A DNA stretch of 64,000 nt from Bacteroidota bacterium (GCA_013289095.1 JABDAO010000003.1:1690-65689), one strand, 5' to 3'; counted from the stretch's first letter, positions 37,288 to 47,534 are shown. Translations and numbers: made by a program. Notes: generated by a model from the letters alone, not told the origin.

Positions 37288-39645
37288 CTACTGCTTTTCA
37301 GCCGAAACCTTTGTCTCCTTTGACGGAGCATTGCTCTTGATCAATGTTTCCAGTTGAACCATGCGTTCGAGTATAGCCTTTCGGTCTGAAACCGATTCTG
37401 CATTTTCTTTCTTGAGCTGATCTACTTCGGCTTTGAGCGTATTGATAGCCTCTACACTTAACTTAAGTTCAGCGGTTCTTTTTTCGAGGGCTTGTATGGC
37501 CAGCATGTTGATACCCGAGATATCAGAAGTAGTAATGGTGGTATCGTTGCCAATGCCTGCCAATTTAAATGCAGCATAAAAATCCTGCGCCATCGGGCCC
37601 AGGTGGCGTACAGACTTATCCTGACTTATATAGTTCCACTCAGGAATCGGCATGGCCTTGATCTGAGAGAGCACATATTCTCCGCTCACTACTTTAAAAT
37701 TTTCTTTCAGCCTCCGGTCTGAAACCGCAGCCCAGGCGCCTGCTCCTGCGGCAAGCGTAACACCCGTAGTGTGTAATGAATTGGTCATAAAACCGGCCCC
37801 TCCCGATGCGCAGACCATAAATTGATTTGCCGCTGTAGACGTAACAGGCAAGGCCCCAGCCCCATCCTGAAAAATAAAACAGCCAGCCATGCTTGCGGTA
37901 GCATTGGTTCCCAGGGCAACAGAACCGGCACCCTGAGCAGTGGTATTCAAACCCATGGCAACACTGTTGGCCCCAATGCTTGCATCATCCCATTGTGTTC
38001 CGGCAACGCTTCCCGCTCTAAATGCTGCTTTGGCCGGGCACCACATCATCCGCGTTCCTGCTCCTGCAATGGGGGTAACACCCGATGTTCCGTCAAAAAG
38101 AACAGAACCATTAGCTACCTGAAGATTAGCAACGGCAGGAACACTTACCGTTCCGATACCTATTCCGAGCTTTCCCTGAAAAAAAGAAAGCGAGTTGGTT
38201 ACCGAAAGCGATGCATCCCCATAAAGATAATACCCGCCAACAGCCCTCGTCATAAACTGATTCGATGCCCCGATCGACAAACTCGCGGTGGTTGATTGGT
38301 CGCCAAACACAAACGAACCTACATTGCCTCCGGTCGTTGCATTCGATCCAAGCGCAACCGAACCTGTACCCGATGCGGTGGTGATGTAGCCCATGGCAAC
38401 CGAATAATCGCCGCTGGCAATGCTGTTGTATCCTTCGGCAAATGCGCCATTTCCGCTTGCATTTGGGCTTATGCCCAGTGCAGATGCATTCGGGCCGGAG
38501 GCTATGGCATCACGTCCAAAAGCGGTACTGTTCATCCCTATGTTTGCACTATCCCAGGCCGTTGTAGTTACACTCCCTGCTCTGATGGCCGCCTTGGTAG
38601 GGCACCACATCAAGCGTGTGCCTCCTCCCGAGGTAGGCGTTTGACCGGCTACACCATCAAACAGCGCGGCTCCTCGGGTTATATGCAACAGGGCTAAAGG
38701 AGTTGGTTGGTTAATACCCACGTTTGCGCCATTATTAAAAATATTGCTGCTGTTAACCACCCAGTTTGTACCATTCCAGTAGGTGGTATTCCCGGCTGCG
38801 CTTCCGGGAGGTAAACCAGGCGCACCCTGAGGACCAGTCGGACCAGCCAGCCCTACTGTTCCTGTCGGCCCGGTGGCCCCAGTTGAACCGGTTAGTCCTG
38901 TCGGGCCCGTAACACCGTTCGATCCATTGGTTCCATTACTTCCAGCAGTACCGTTGACTCCGGTAGGACCGGTGGCTCCCGTCAAGCCATTCGCACCATT
39001 GTTTCCTGTCAGACCGGTTGCCCCGGTGGCTCCCGTCACCCCGGTGGTTCCGTTAGTTCCATTCGAACCTGCCAGACCCGTGGGGCCGGTTGCTCCATTC
39101 GTGCCATTTGTTCCATTGACACCAGCTGTTCCTGTGACCCCGGTAGTTCCGGTCGGGCCATTTACACCCGTTGCACCGGTTGGCCCTGTTACGCCTGTTG
39201 TTCCTGCAGGCCCTGCCGGACCAACAGGACTATTTGTTGCATAAAGCGCATAGGGTACAGACCAGAGCTGGGGTGTACCCATCACTACATACCCATTACC
39301 ATCATTTACCGAAATACGAAGCGAATGAACGGAAGCTCCCCAGGTAATGCCATTAAATGCAGGACTGGTAACCAGGGGCGTACCCGTTCCGATCACCAGA
39401 TTAAACAATCCAAAGGCATTGGTAGTTACTGTCGAGAACACCTCTGTATACACAACTGCTCCTGCCCCATTGAGAATTTCGGCTTTTACGGCCGTAAATG
39501 AATGGTTGGAGAGCTCCGTTCCACTCAGATCACGCGCCACGGCTTGATAATTGAATCCCTGGGGTGGAGCGGTTTGTGCATTGGAGGATGTACTCCACAC
39601 AAAAGATGCAAACAGAACCAAGCTGAAGATTATATTTTTAGTCAT
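37288..39645 (-). CDS. Secreted protein with a collagen-like Gly-X-Y tract, YadA-head-like repeats and a C-terminal S74 (tail-fibre intramolecular chaperone) domain
   Basis: 785 aa. About 45 uninterrupted G-X-Y triplets ([25 protein letters not shown]...). Repeated [14 protein letters not shown] motifs. C-terminal [14 protein letters not shown] ... [12 protein letters not shown] followed by a coiled coil. Confidence 0.8.
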   Translation of the reverse strand: MTKNIIFSLVLFASFVWSTSSNAQTAPPQGFNYQAVARDLSGTELSNHSFTAVKAEILNGAGAVVYTEVFSTVTTNAFGLFNLVIGTGTPLVTSPAFNGITWGASVHSLRISVNDGNGYVVMGTPQLWSVPYALYATNSPVGPAGPAGTTGVTGPTGATGVNGPTGTTGVTGTAGVNGTNGTNGATGPTGLAGSNGTNGTTGVTGATGATGLTGNNGANGLTGATGPTGVNGTAGSNGTNGSNGVTGPTGLTGSTGATGPTGTVGLAGPTGPQGAPGLPPGSAAGNTTYWNGTNWVVNSSNIFNNGANVGINQPTPLALLHITRGAALFDGVAGQTPTSGGGTRLMWCPTKAAIRAGSVTTTAWDSANIGMNSTAFGRDAIASGPNASALGISPNASGNGAFAEGYNSIASGDYSVAMGYITTASGTGSVALGSNATTGGNVGSFVFGDQSTTASLSIGASNQFMTRAVGGYYLYGDASLSVTNSLSFFQGKLGIGIGTVSVPAVANLQVANGSVLFDGTSGVTPIAGAGTRMMWCPAKAAFRAGSVAGTQWDDASIGANSVAMGLNTTAQGAGSVALGTNATASMAGCFIFQDGAGALPVTSTAANQFMVCASGGAGFMTNSLHTTGVTLAAGAGAWAAVSDRRLKENFKVVSGEYVLSQIKAMPIPEWNYISQDKSVRHLGPMAQDFYAAFKLAGIGNDTTITTSDISGINMLAIQALEKRTAELKLSVEAINTLKAEVDQLKKENAESVSDRKAILERMVQLETLIKSNAPSKETKVSAEKQ

Positions 39646-40035
39646 GAAACCAGGATATGTTGGGAGTGATTTATTGACTGATCGAACATGTTCTTTCAGT
39701 TTACGAATAAAAAAAACAGGATTTACGGAATGAACACAAAGCTAAGACAAAAATCTAAATGAAAAAGCCTTGGTTGTACCCTGGCGGAGGGTGACATCTT
39801 TCAGCAGAGTTAAATACAAAATAATGATTATGAACATATTAAGCCCTGAATTTGTCAGCACATCGGATGAAAATAAATTGATTTCAGCAAAACCCCATTT
39901 TATCCGTTTAAACCTGATCCTTCATCAAATTCTCCTGTCCGCAATTATCCAAAGACATCCTCTACAAAAGAGTCTATTTGTAAAACAATATATCTATACC
40001 TTTAGCTGCCTAAACGAACTGAACGAACGCCTGAT

Positions 40036-41268
40036 ATGGATAAAGAACTGATACACTTCGAGCTGAATAATGGGGTACGTGTCATTCATTCCCCAGCCAA
40101 AGGAAAGATTGTTCACTGCGCTTTGATGATCAACGCTGGTACCCGGGACGAAGAAGAAGAAAACACCGGCATCGCCCACCTCATTGAACATTGTATTTTT
40201 AAGGGTACCCGCACGAAATCAAGTCTGGCTATACTCAACCGAATCGACTCTGTAGGAGGTGAATTGAATGCCTATACCACCAAGGAAGAAACCTGTGTGT
40301 ATGTCTCTTGTGGATTGGAATATTTCGAACGGGCCCTGGAGTTACTGACAGACATCGTCCTGAACTCCACTTTTCCCGAAAAAGAAATCATTAAAGAAAA
40401 AGAAGTGATCTGCGACGAGATCCATTCTTATCTTGATTCTCCCGCCGAACAGATACACGATGATTTTGAGGCCCTCGTCTTCAAAGATCATCCCCTTGGA
40501 CGAAATATCCTGGGAGACGAAAAACGGTTGAAAGCCGTGAAGCGAAATGCACTGACCAAATTTGTAAGCAAACATTACGGAGGACGCAAAATTGTTTTCA
40601 GCAGTTCAGGAAATATTTCACCCCTGAAACTGAAACAACTATCGGCAAAATATCTTTCTCCGTTCGGCAACCAGACAGACGGAATGGATCGCAAACCATT
40701 CTCGTCGTACAAGAAGATTCATGCCATCGTAAAAAAAGATACGTTCCAGACGCATTGTCTGCTAGGTACCGTAGCCTACGACTCCCAGCACAAACATCGC
40801 ATCCCGATGATCCTGCTGAATAATCTGTTGGGGGGACCAGCAATGAATTCCAGACTTAACCTGGCTATCCGTGAAAAGTTCGGGATCACCTACAACCTGG
40901 ATTCAAGTTATGTATCGTATGCCGATACAGGTATTTTCAATATCTACTTTGGCACTGACCCTTCCAACATGGATCAGACACTCCTGCTTATTCACCGGGA
41001 GTTAAAAAAATTGCGCAGCCGGAAGCTTACCGAACTCCAAATACAGAGCGCAAAGGAACAGCTCATCGGTCAGGTTGCATTGTCGCAGGAAAGCCGTATC
41101 GGGGCAGTGCTCAACAATGCAAAAAACATTTTCCTGTTCGGCAATGTCGATTCTTTTTCCACCTGGATCAACAAGGTCAGAAAGGTTTCTGCTTCACAGG
41201 TGCTCGAAATTGCCAATGAGGTCTTTGAAGAGAAGGAACTGAGTATGCTCGCATTTTCAAAGAAATAA
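40036..41268 (+). CDS. M16-family (pitrilysin/insulinase) zinc peptidase
   Basis: 410 aa. Inverted zinc motif HLIEHCIFKGT (HxxEH). Confidence 0.85.
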   Translation: MDKELIHFELNNGVRVIHSPAKGKIVHCALMINAGTRDEEEENTGIAHLIEHCIFKGTRTKSSLAILNRIDSVGGELNAYTTKEETCVYVSCGLEYFERALELLTDIVLNSTFPEKEIIKEKEVICDEIHSYLDSPAEQIHDDFEALVFKDHPLGRNILGDEKRLKAVKRNALTKFVSKHYGGRKIVFSSSGNISPLKLKQLSAKYLSPFGNQTDGMDRKPFSSYKKIHAIVKKDTFQTHCLLGTVAYDSQHKHRIPMILLNNLLGGPAMNSRLNLAIREKFGITYNLDSSYVSYADTGIFNIYFGTDPSNMDQTLLLIHRELKKLRSRKLTELQIQSAKEQLIGQVALSQESRIGAVLNNAKNIFLFGNVDSFSTWINKVRKVSASQVLEIANEVFEEKELSMLAFSKK

Positions 41269-41293
41269 TAACCCCTGTAATCAAAGACATAAA

Positions 41294-41935
41294 ATGGATT
41301 TCCTCGACCCACAACTAGACGCCTACGTCTGCAATCATTCCAAAGCCGAAAACGCGGCACTTCAAAAACTGAACCGCGAAACCTATTCAAAGGTGCTGAT
41401 GCCCCGCATGCTCAGCGGGCATCTGCAGGGCAGGGTACTGAGCATGCTCACACACATGATCAGACCCGACCGCATTCTTGAAATAGGCACCTTTACCGGT
41501 TATTCGGCGCTGTGCCTGGCCGAAGGATTGCAACCCGGGGGAATCCTTCACACCATAGACATCAACGAAGAGCTCGAAACCATGGTCCGCAAATACATTG
41601 CTGAAACAGGCCTGGAGAAATCAATCTGTTATCATATTGGCGATGCACTGCAGATCATCCCCACACTCAACGAAATGTTCGACCTCGTCTTCATCGATGC
41701 CGACAAAACAAATTATTCAAACTACTATGATTTGGTATTCAGTAAGGTCAAAAAAGGAGGTTTTATCATTGCCGACAATGTTCTCTGGAGCGGAAAGGTG
41801 CTGGTGAACAATGTCGATACGGATGATGACACGCTTGCTATCATTAAATTTAATGACAAAGTGATGAAGGATGACCGGGTGGAGAATGTGTTATTCCCGA
41901 TCCGGGATGGGTTGATGGTGGTTAGGAAGAAATAA
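41294..41935 (+). CDS. Class I SAM-dependent O-methyltransferase (caffeoyl-CoA OMT / YrrM-like)
   Basis: 213 aa. ILEIGTFTGYSALCLA (SAM motif I), FDLVFIDADKTNY and GGFIIADNVLW. Confidence 0.85.
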   Translation: MDFLDPQLDAYVCNHSKAENAALQKLNRETYSKVLMPRMLSGHLQGRVLSMLTHMIRPDRILEIGTFTGYSALCLAEGLQPGGILHTIDINEELETMVRKYIAETGLEKSICYHIGDALQIIPTLNEMFDLVFIDADKTNYSNYYDLVFSKVKKGGFIIADNVLWSGKVLVNNVDTDDDTLAIIKFNDKVMKDDRVENVLFPIRDGLMVVRKK

Positions 41936-41953
41936 CGCACGAGATGCCTTGTG

Positions 41954-42140
41954 TGATTGAACGCAGATTGTTAGGATGGTTAAGATAAAAATGATTTGAG
42001 GGCATAACTAATAACCCCGTTTTCTTGACCTCTCCCTGACCCTCTCCGCCTGCGGCGGAGAGGGAATGTTTGGAAGGGGTTATTAGAGACCCCCTTAATC
42101 TTAAAAAATCATAATCACCAGAACAATCTGCGTTCAATCA
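41954..42140. mobile_element. 187-bp MITE-like palindromic element
   Basis: Perfect 19-bp terminal inverted repeats, tgattgaacgcagattgtt (41954-41972) and aacaatctgcgttcaatca (42122-42140). Internal arms pair (taataacccc / ggggttatta). The central perfect hairpin is ccctctccgcc tgc ggcggagaggg. It sits between convergent genes. Confidence 0.6.
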
Positions 42141-42149
42141 GCCCATGTA

Positions 42150-43604
42150 TCAGAAAGCACGTTTACTAAGCATCCAGATCCCGGTAAATGTGAGCAAACC
42201 ATTGAGTATGAGTAATTCATTCCCGAACAAATACCCGCCAAACCATTGTTTCGAGTTAGAATCCAGGAGATAACAAATAACTGGGGCAAGCAAACAGATG
42301 ATGGGGACAAGTTTGTCTTGCACGCTTCTTTTTGTTGCGATCCCAAACATGAATAAACCGAGCAGCGGCCCGTATGTATAGTTGGCCACACGGAATAACT
42401 GTTTAACTACAGCTTCGTTGTTGATCATCCTGAAAATCACGATCACCATAAGCAGCAACAGGGCAAAGCCTACATGCACCGCATAACGGATCTTTGTCTT
42501 TTTCTTTTCATCCCAGGCTTCGCGCTGTTCAAAATTCAGAAAATCGATACAGAACGAGGCCGTCAATGCAGTAAGCGCACCATCGGCGCTTGGATACGCC
42601 GCGGATATCAAACCAATGATGAACAACAAGGCAGATACAGGCCCGAGTTGTTTAAGCGCGATGGTGGGAAAGAGGTCGTCGGTAGTCCGCTGGGGTATTG
42701 TCAATCCTTTCGACTGCACGTATTGATACAGGAGTATTCCCAGACAGAGAAAGACAAAATTAACGACCAGCAAAATCAAACTAAATGTAAACATGTTCTT
42801 TTGTGCCTCGCCTACAGATCGGCAGCTGATGTTTTTCTGCATCATCTCCTGATCCAGACCGGTCATGGCAATGGCGATGAACATACCTCCGAAAAACTGT
42901 TTTGGGAAAAAGGCCTTCGATTGCCAGTTTCCGACAAAAATGTCTGACATCGGGCTCTTACGAACCAAACCCAGCAATGAACCCAGATCAAGATGCAACT
43001 CCCGGCTGATCAGCACAACCGATACGACAAGAGATAAAAGCATAAATGTTGTTTGCAGCGAATCGGTCCACACAATTGTTTTTACCCCTCCCTTATAGGT
43101 ATAGGCCATGATCATGGTGATGAATCCCAGCACAGTTAACCAAAAAGGCACGCCCCAGGCATCAAATACAAAGATCTGGAGAGCATTCACCACGATATAA
43201 AGCCTGAATGATGCACCAATGACACGCGAAAGGATAAAGAAAAAAGCGCCGGTACGGTATGAATAAAGCCCTAAGCGTTGTTTCAAAAAGGTATAAATGG
43301 AGGTCAGGTTCAGCCGGTAATAAAGCGGAAGGAGGACCAATGCAATGAATGCATATCCGAACAAATAACCCAGGATCATCTGAAAGTAGGAAAACGACCC
43401 TTTCCCCACATCACCCGGAACCGACATAAAGGTTACTCCCGAAAGCGAGGCCCCGATCATTCCATAGGCAACCAGATACCAGCGTGAAGAACGGTTTCCG
43501 ACAAAATAACTGGCATTGTCGGTCTTACGGGTTGTCAGAAACGTGACTCCGAACAGCACGATTGAATAGAGGATAACGCAGGCAATAATAAATGTGGGCG
43601 ACAT
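42150..43604 (-). CDS. Sodium:solute symporter (SSS family)
   Basis: 484 aa with about 13 TM segments. N-terminal block YFVGNRSSRWYLVAYGMIGASLSGVTFMSVPG. Confidence 0.85.
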   Translation of the reverse strand: MSPTFIIACVILYSIVLFGVTFLTTRKTDNASYFVGNRSSRWYLVAYGMIGASLSGVTFMSVPGDVGKGSFSYFQMILGYLFGYAFIALVLLPLYYRLNLTSIYTFLKQRLGLYSYRTGAFFFILSRVIGASFRLYIVVNALQIFVFDAWGVPFWLTVLGFITMIMAYTYKGGVKTIVWTDSLQTTFMLLSLVVSVVLISRELHLDLGSLLGLVRKSPMSDIFVGNWQSKAFFPKQFFGGMFIAIAMTGLDQEMMQKNISCRSVGEAQKNMFTFSLILLVVNFVFLCLGILLYQYVQSKGLTIPQRTTDDLFPTIALKQLGPVSALLFIIGLISAAYPSADGALTALTASFCIDFLNFEQREAWDEKKKTKIRYAVHVGFALLLLMVIVIFRMINNEAVVKQLFRVANYTYGPLLGLFMFGIATKRSVQDKLVPIICLLAPVICYLLDSNSKQWFGGYLFGNELLILNGLLTFTGIWMLSKRAF

Positions 43605-43720
43605 CGGAAATCCGGTGATAAGGCCTTATGATATGCGGCAAACAAAGAACGCAAAAACAAGGTCTTCTTCCCATCACAACGGAATTAGGCTATCAACAAA
43701 GTTTTTCACAATTTAGACGC

Positions 43721-45199
43721 ATGATTCACCGTATCAAAGAATTGGAACAGACCGCGCTTCTCCTTGAACCATCGGCTCATGAACGCAAAGAAACCCGCAA
43801 GGAAGTAGTGACTTACACCGAAAGCTTTTTAAAGGATATAGACAAGAGCATGGCTTATGTCCACACCGCGGATAAAGGCGTAGCCTTGCTCGACTCGCCG
43901 GTAAGCGAGGAACCTGTTTCGATACGCACAGCGCTTGAGCTGCTCCGTGCCCATGTTGATACTCCCGGTCTCAATCCTGCTTCGGGCGGGCATTTGGGTT
44001 ATATTCCCGGAGGCGGTCTTTATTTCTCTGCCCTGGGCGATTACATGAGCGATATAACCAACCGTTATGCCGGTTTCTTTTTTTGTTCGCCCGGAGCAGT
44101 ACGGATGGAGAATATGCTTGTACGCTGGGCTGCAGCATTGGTAGGTTATCCTGCTTCTGCGGCCGGATATCTTTCATCAGGCGGAAGCATTGCCAGCTTG
44201 AGCGCAATTGTTACGGCACGCGAAACAAAGGGCATCCGCGCCCGGGAGGTAGAGAAGGGTGTCATCTATTTGTCGGCGCATACGCATCATTGCATAGCGA
44301 AGGCCATACGTCTGGCCGGGCTTGGCGAAAGCGTTTTAAGACATGTTGCCTTGGATGCGAAACGAAGGATAGACCCGGCTGCGCTCGAAACACAGATCGA
44401 AGCCGATAAACAAGCCGGTTTAAACCCCTGGCTTGTTGTTGCTTCGGCCGGAACAACCGATACAGGCGCCATTGATCCGTTCGAGGCCATCAGCGTGATT
44501 GCAAAAAAACATGAACTCTGGTACCACATCGATGCTGCATACGGTGGTTTCTTTATGCTCACGCAGGAAGGAAAACAAAAACTGAAAGGCGCAGAACTCA
44601 GCGATTCGATCGTATTAGATCCTCACAAAGGCCTGTTCCTGCCCTATGGCCTGGGAATGCTGATCGTAAAACAAGCCGGCGATTTACAAAACGCACATCA
44701 GTATACCGCCAGCTATATGCAGGATGGAAAAACCGATTACGAAGATGAGCTTTCGCCTGCCAATCTAAGCCCGGAGCTTACCAAACATTTCAGGGGCTTA
44801 CGCATGTGGCTTCCATTAAAACTGCATGGATTAAAACCTTTTCGCGCAGCGCTCGAAGAAAAACTCCTGCTCGCCAAATATTTTGAACAGGAAGTCAGAA
44901 AACTGGGTTTTGAGACCGGCGGTGAGCCCGAGCTTTCGGTTGTTACGTATCGCTATCTGCCAAAAACAAAAAAAGCATTGAGCGCTGAAGAGATTAACAA
45001 ATTCAATGCTGCACTTGTCCACGAAGTACAGATGGATGGGCGTGTATTTATTTCTTCAACTACCCTGGACAACGTATTCACGCTTCGGTTTGCCTGTTTA
45101 TCCTTCCGGACACATCTGAAGACGGTTGATTTGTTGTTGAAAATCCTGAAAGAGAAAGTGAAGGGGTTGGAGAAAAGAATCGGAGATAAAAAAGCGTAG
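43721..45199 (+). CDS. Pyridoxal-phosphate-dependent group II decarboxylase (aromatic-L-amino-acid decarboxylase-like)
   Basis: Start at the ATG at 43721. GGSIASLSAIVTAR, HIDAAYGG, and the PLP-lysine block DPHKGLFLPYG. Confidence 0.85.
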   Translation: MIHRIKELEQTALLLEPSAHERKETRKEVVTYTESFLKDIDKSMAYVHTADKGVALLDSPVSEEPVSIRTALELLRAHVDTPGLNPASGGHLGYIPGGGLYFSALGDYMSDITNRYAGFFFCSPGAVRMENMLVRWAAALVGYPASAAGYLSSGGSIASLSAIVTARETKGIRAREVEKGVIYLSAHTHHCIAKAIRLAGLGESVLRHVALDAKRRIDPAALETQIEADKQAGLNPWLVVASAGTTDTGAIDPFEAISVIAKKHELWYHIDAAYGGFFMLTQEGKQKLKGAELSDSIVLDPHKGLFLPYGLGMLIVKQAGDLQNAHQYTASYMQDGKTDYEDELSPANLSPELTKHFRGLRMWLPLKLHGLKPFRAALEEKLLLAKYFEQEVRKLGFETGGEPELSVVTYRYLPKTKKALSAEEINKFNAALVHEVQMDGRVFISSTTLDNVFTLRFACLSFRTHLKTVDLLLKILKEKVKGLEKRIGDKKA

Positions 45200-45305
45200 A
45201 GACATGCTACCATCCGCCAAATAAAGCATACCGATTCCTTCGTCTCATTTTCTTCAGCTCATGTAACCAGGATGGGGTGGCTTTCAGAACCACCACACAG
45301 AACGA

Positions 45306-46742
45306 TCACTCCACCTTGATCTTCCCCAGAATCTCATTAAACCTGGCATCATTCACGATCGGCTGAAACTCTTTCTGTGCCCTCACCCGGTCAAGCTCAT
45401 TGAACCCGAGGTTGACGGCTTGTTCCAGCAGGGCAAGCGCTCCGGCAGTATTGCTGTTTCGCATTTCAAGACAAGCGGAGACATAGGCCCATTCGGCATT
45501 GGCAGGATCAACCAGCCGATAAATGGTCAATAGATCCTGGGCCTGGGGGCGGGCATCCTGTTCCATAGCAGCATTCACGTTCATAAAAGCGGCCAGACTC
45601 AGGAAGGCAATCAAACGTTTATCGCCGCTTACTGTTTCTTTGTTTTTAGAAGATGAGACTTCGCCCAGTAAACGGGCGATCTCTCCCCTCCACCACTTCA
45701 CATCCTTCTGCTGAAAATACCGGGCATACTCATTCTGGCGGTCCTGTTCCTTTCGGGCATCCTCTTTTTCTTTTGCACGGGCTGCATTGTATTCGGGCAG
45801 ACTGTAGGTGCCCTCATCCAATTTATATTTATCAACCGGTTTGATGCCCGCGTAATAAAGCGTCATGAGGTGCGCAGCTGCAATGCGTGTAAGTATATCG
45901 CTTTTGCTGTTCATGATCTTGCGGGCTTCGTGTTCATCGGCAGCAAAGGATGCATTTACGATGCTGTCATTAGGCTCCATGCGTTTGGCGCGTATGCCTT
46001 CGAGGGTGAGGAGCAAAAAAGCTTTGTCCATATCGTTTACAGGGGCCCAGTCGTGTTTTCCATGGAAGATGAGCAGATCGTTCGTATTCCCTAAATTATT
46101 GAGCGAAAGCTGAGTCGTCTTTAATTCAGAAAGGTTAAAATCTTCATCCCCAACCAGGCCCACAAAACAAACATCTTTTCGGAGAGGTTCCTGGCTGGGG
46201 TCGAAACCTGCAGAGTTGGCAATCACACCTTTTACGCGGGTATCCTGCAACGCAATGCCAATAGCTACCCTGGCGCCACCCGAGAAACCACCGGTAAACA
46301 AGTTTTGTTCATCCACCGGAAGCCGGCCTATTACATCCTTAAAAAAATTGGTGGTGATGCTCAAAATGGTATTTACATCAAGTTTATTGCGCGAATTGTT
46401 TGAACAGACAAGGATAAACCCATACCTCTCGGCCAGGTCCTTGTATTTTTCCAACGGAAGCGTTCCGCGGGCTTGTGAATCGAACAAAAACAAGGCGGGA
46501 TACACGTGTTTTGCCTTCATCTTTGCGGGCAGATAGAGGGCATAGCTTTGTGTTGGGTCTGAAATGCAGTTTACACTTTTGATGATCACCCCATGCGGGA
46601 AACTATCCTTTGGCAGACTCGGGGTCTGCGCAACAGATGAAGCCTGGCCTGGAGTTTCGGCATTGGTTTGTTTGGAGGCATTGCCACAGGAAAGGATACA
46701 GAAACAGCTGATAAACAGCAGGGAAGAAAGAACCTGACGCAT
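45306..46742 (-). CDS. Lipoprotein with an alpha/beta-hydrolase-like N-domain and a TPR-like C-domain
   Basis: 478 aa. Lipobox ILSCG. Nucleophile-elbow-like GGFSGGARVA (GxSxG). Helical repeat C-terminus. Confidence 0.55.
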   Translation of the reverse strand: MRQVLSSLLFISCFCILSCGNASKQTNAETPGQASSVAQTPSLPKDSFPHGVIIKSVNCISDPTQSYALYLPAKMKAKHVYPALFLFDSQARGTLPLEKYKDLAERYGFILVCSNNSRNKLDVNTILSITTNFFKDVIGRLPVDEQNLFTGGFSGGARVAIGIALQDTRVKGVIANSAGFDPSQEPLRKDVCFVGLVGDEDFNLSELKTTQLSLNNLGNTNDLLIFHGKHDWAPVNDMDKAFLLLTLEGIRAKRMEPNDSIVNASFAADEHEARKIMNSKSDILTRIAAAHLMTLYYAGIKPVDKYKLDEGTYSLPEYNAARAKEKEDARKEQDRQNEYARYFQQKDVKWWRGEIARLLGEVSSSKNKETVSGDKRLIAFLSLAAFMNVNAAMEQDARPQAQDLLTIYRLVDPANAEWAYVSACLEMRNSNTAGALALLEQAVNLGFNELDRVRAQKEFQPIVNDARFNEILGKIKVE

Positions 46743-47030
46743 GTTTTTTTTTGTAAAACTAAGCAGAAAAAAAGAGTTGGGAATTGGAAGGTGGAAATTG
46801 GGGGTTCAGGATACCCGTTTCAAAGGGGTTGATTCGTGAATTTCATGGGTTCGGCACTTATTCCCAAGAGGAAATCAAGGTGCGCCACTATTTTCAGTCA
46901 AATACGCTGTTTTGTCAGGTCTGTCACGTCAGCTTTCCGCCTTTTCCCCTGGCGCCTGCAGTACTCTTGTTTTCACGCAAAGGGCTGTTATACAGACAAC
47001 TATTCAAACAATCTGGATGAATTTACAGAT

Positions 47031-47534
47031 CTTATTCCCGATTTATTCCTTCTTAAACACGATTTGTCCTTTCTTAATCCAGATTTGGTCTTTCTTAATT
47101 AAGAAAGGACAATTCTTAAGAAAGAAAACACCATTCTGAGTTAAGACTTGACCGGTCTTACTTAAGATTGCACCAAGCGTACTCCAGAATTATCCTTTCT
47201 TGTTTCAGAATGCTTCATTCTTAAACAAGAATTGTCCATTCTTTCTTAAGATGAATCCATCCCCAAACAAGGCTTTTCCTTTCCTGGTTAAAATTAGTCC
47301 ATTCATAACCAAGACTTATCCTTTCTTAATTAAGATTGGACAAGTCTGGGTTGAGATTGGCAAATTGTTGAATCATGTTGCTTGCACATCGATTTGCTCT
47401 TGACTTGCCTCAAACCGCTTTACCTTCATTTTCGGGTTGATTTAACTTCAATTCGAACCGATTTACCCTCAGGTTGAGTTGATTGGGTCTGATTTCAAAC
47501 CGTTTGGCAGGAGATTAAAATCGAACGTGTGAGG
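47031..47534. repeat. Tandem array D: about 24 degenerate units of exactly 21 bp (consensus cttaaNNaagaNttgNcCNtt), shifting to a 42-bp super-repeat after about 47400
   Basis: I phased the units by hand at 47031, 47052, 47073 and so on up to 47346 with no indels. In frame 1 they read as L-x-K/Q-x-x-P-F heptads, interrupted by two in-frame TGA codons at 47137 and 47149. Confidence 0.85.

Noticed and set aside
38873-39244. 123-aa Pro/Val-rich ORF on the + strand.
   Set aside because: It is the mirror image of the Gly-X-Y collagen-like codons on the - strand (GGN/ACN complement), so it is a repeat artefact.
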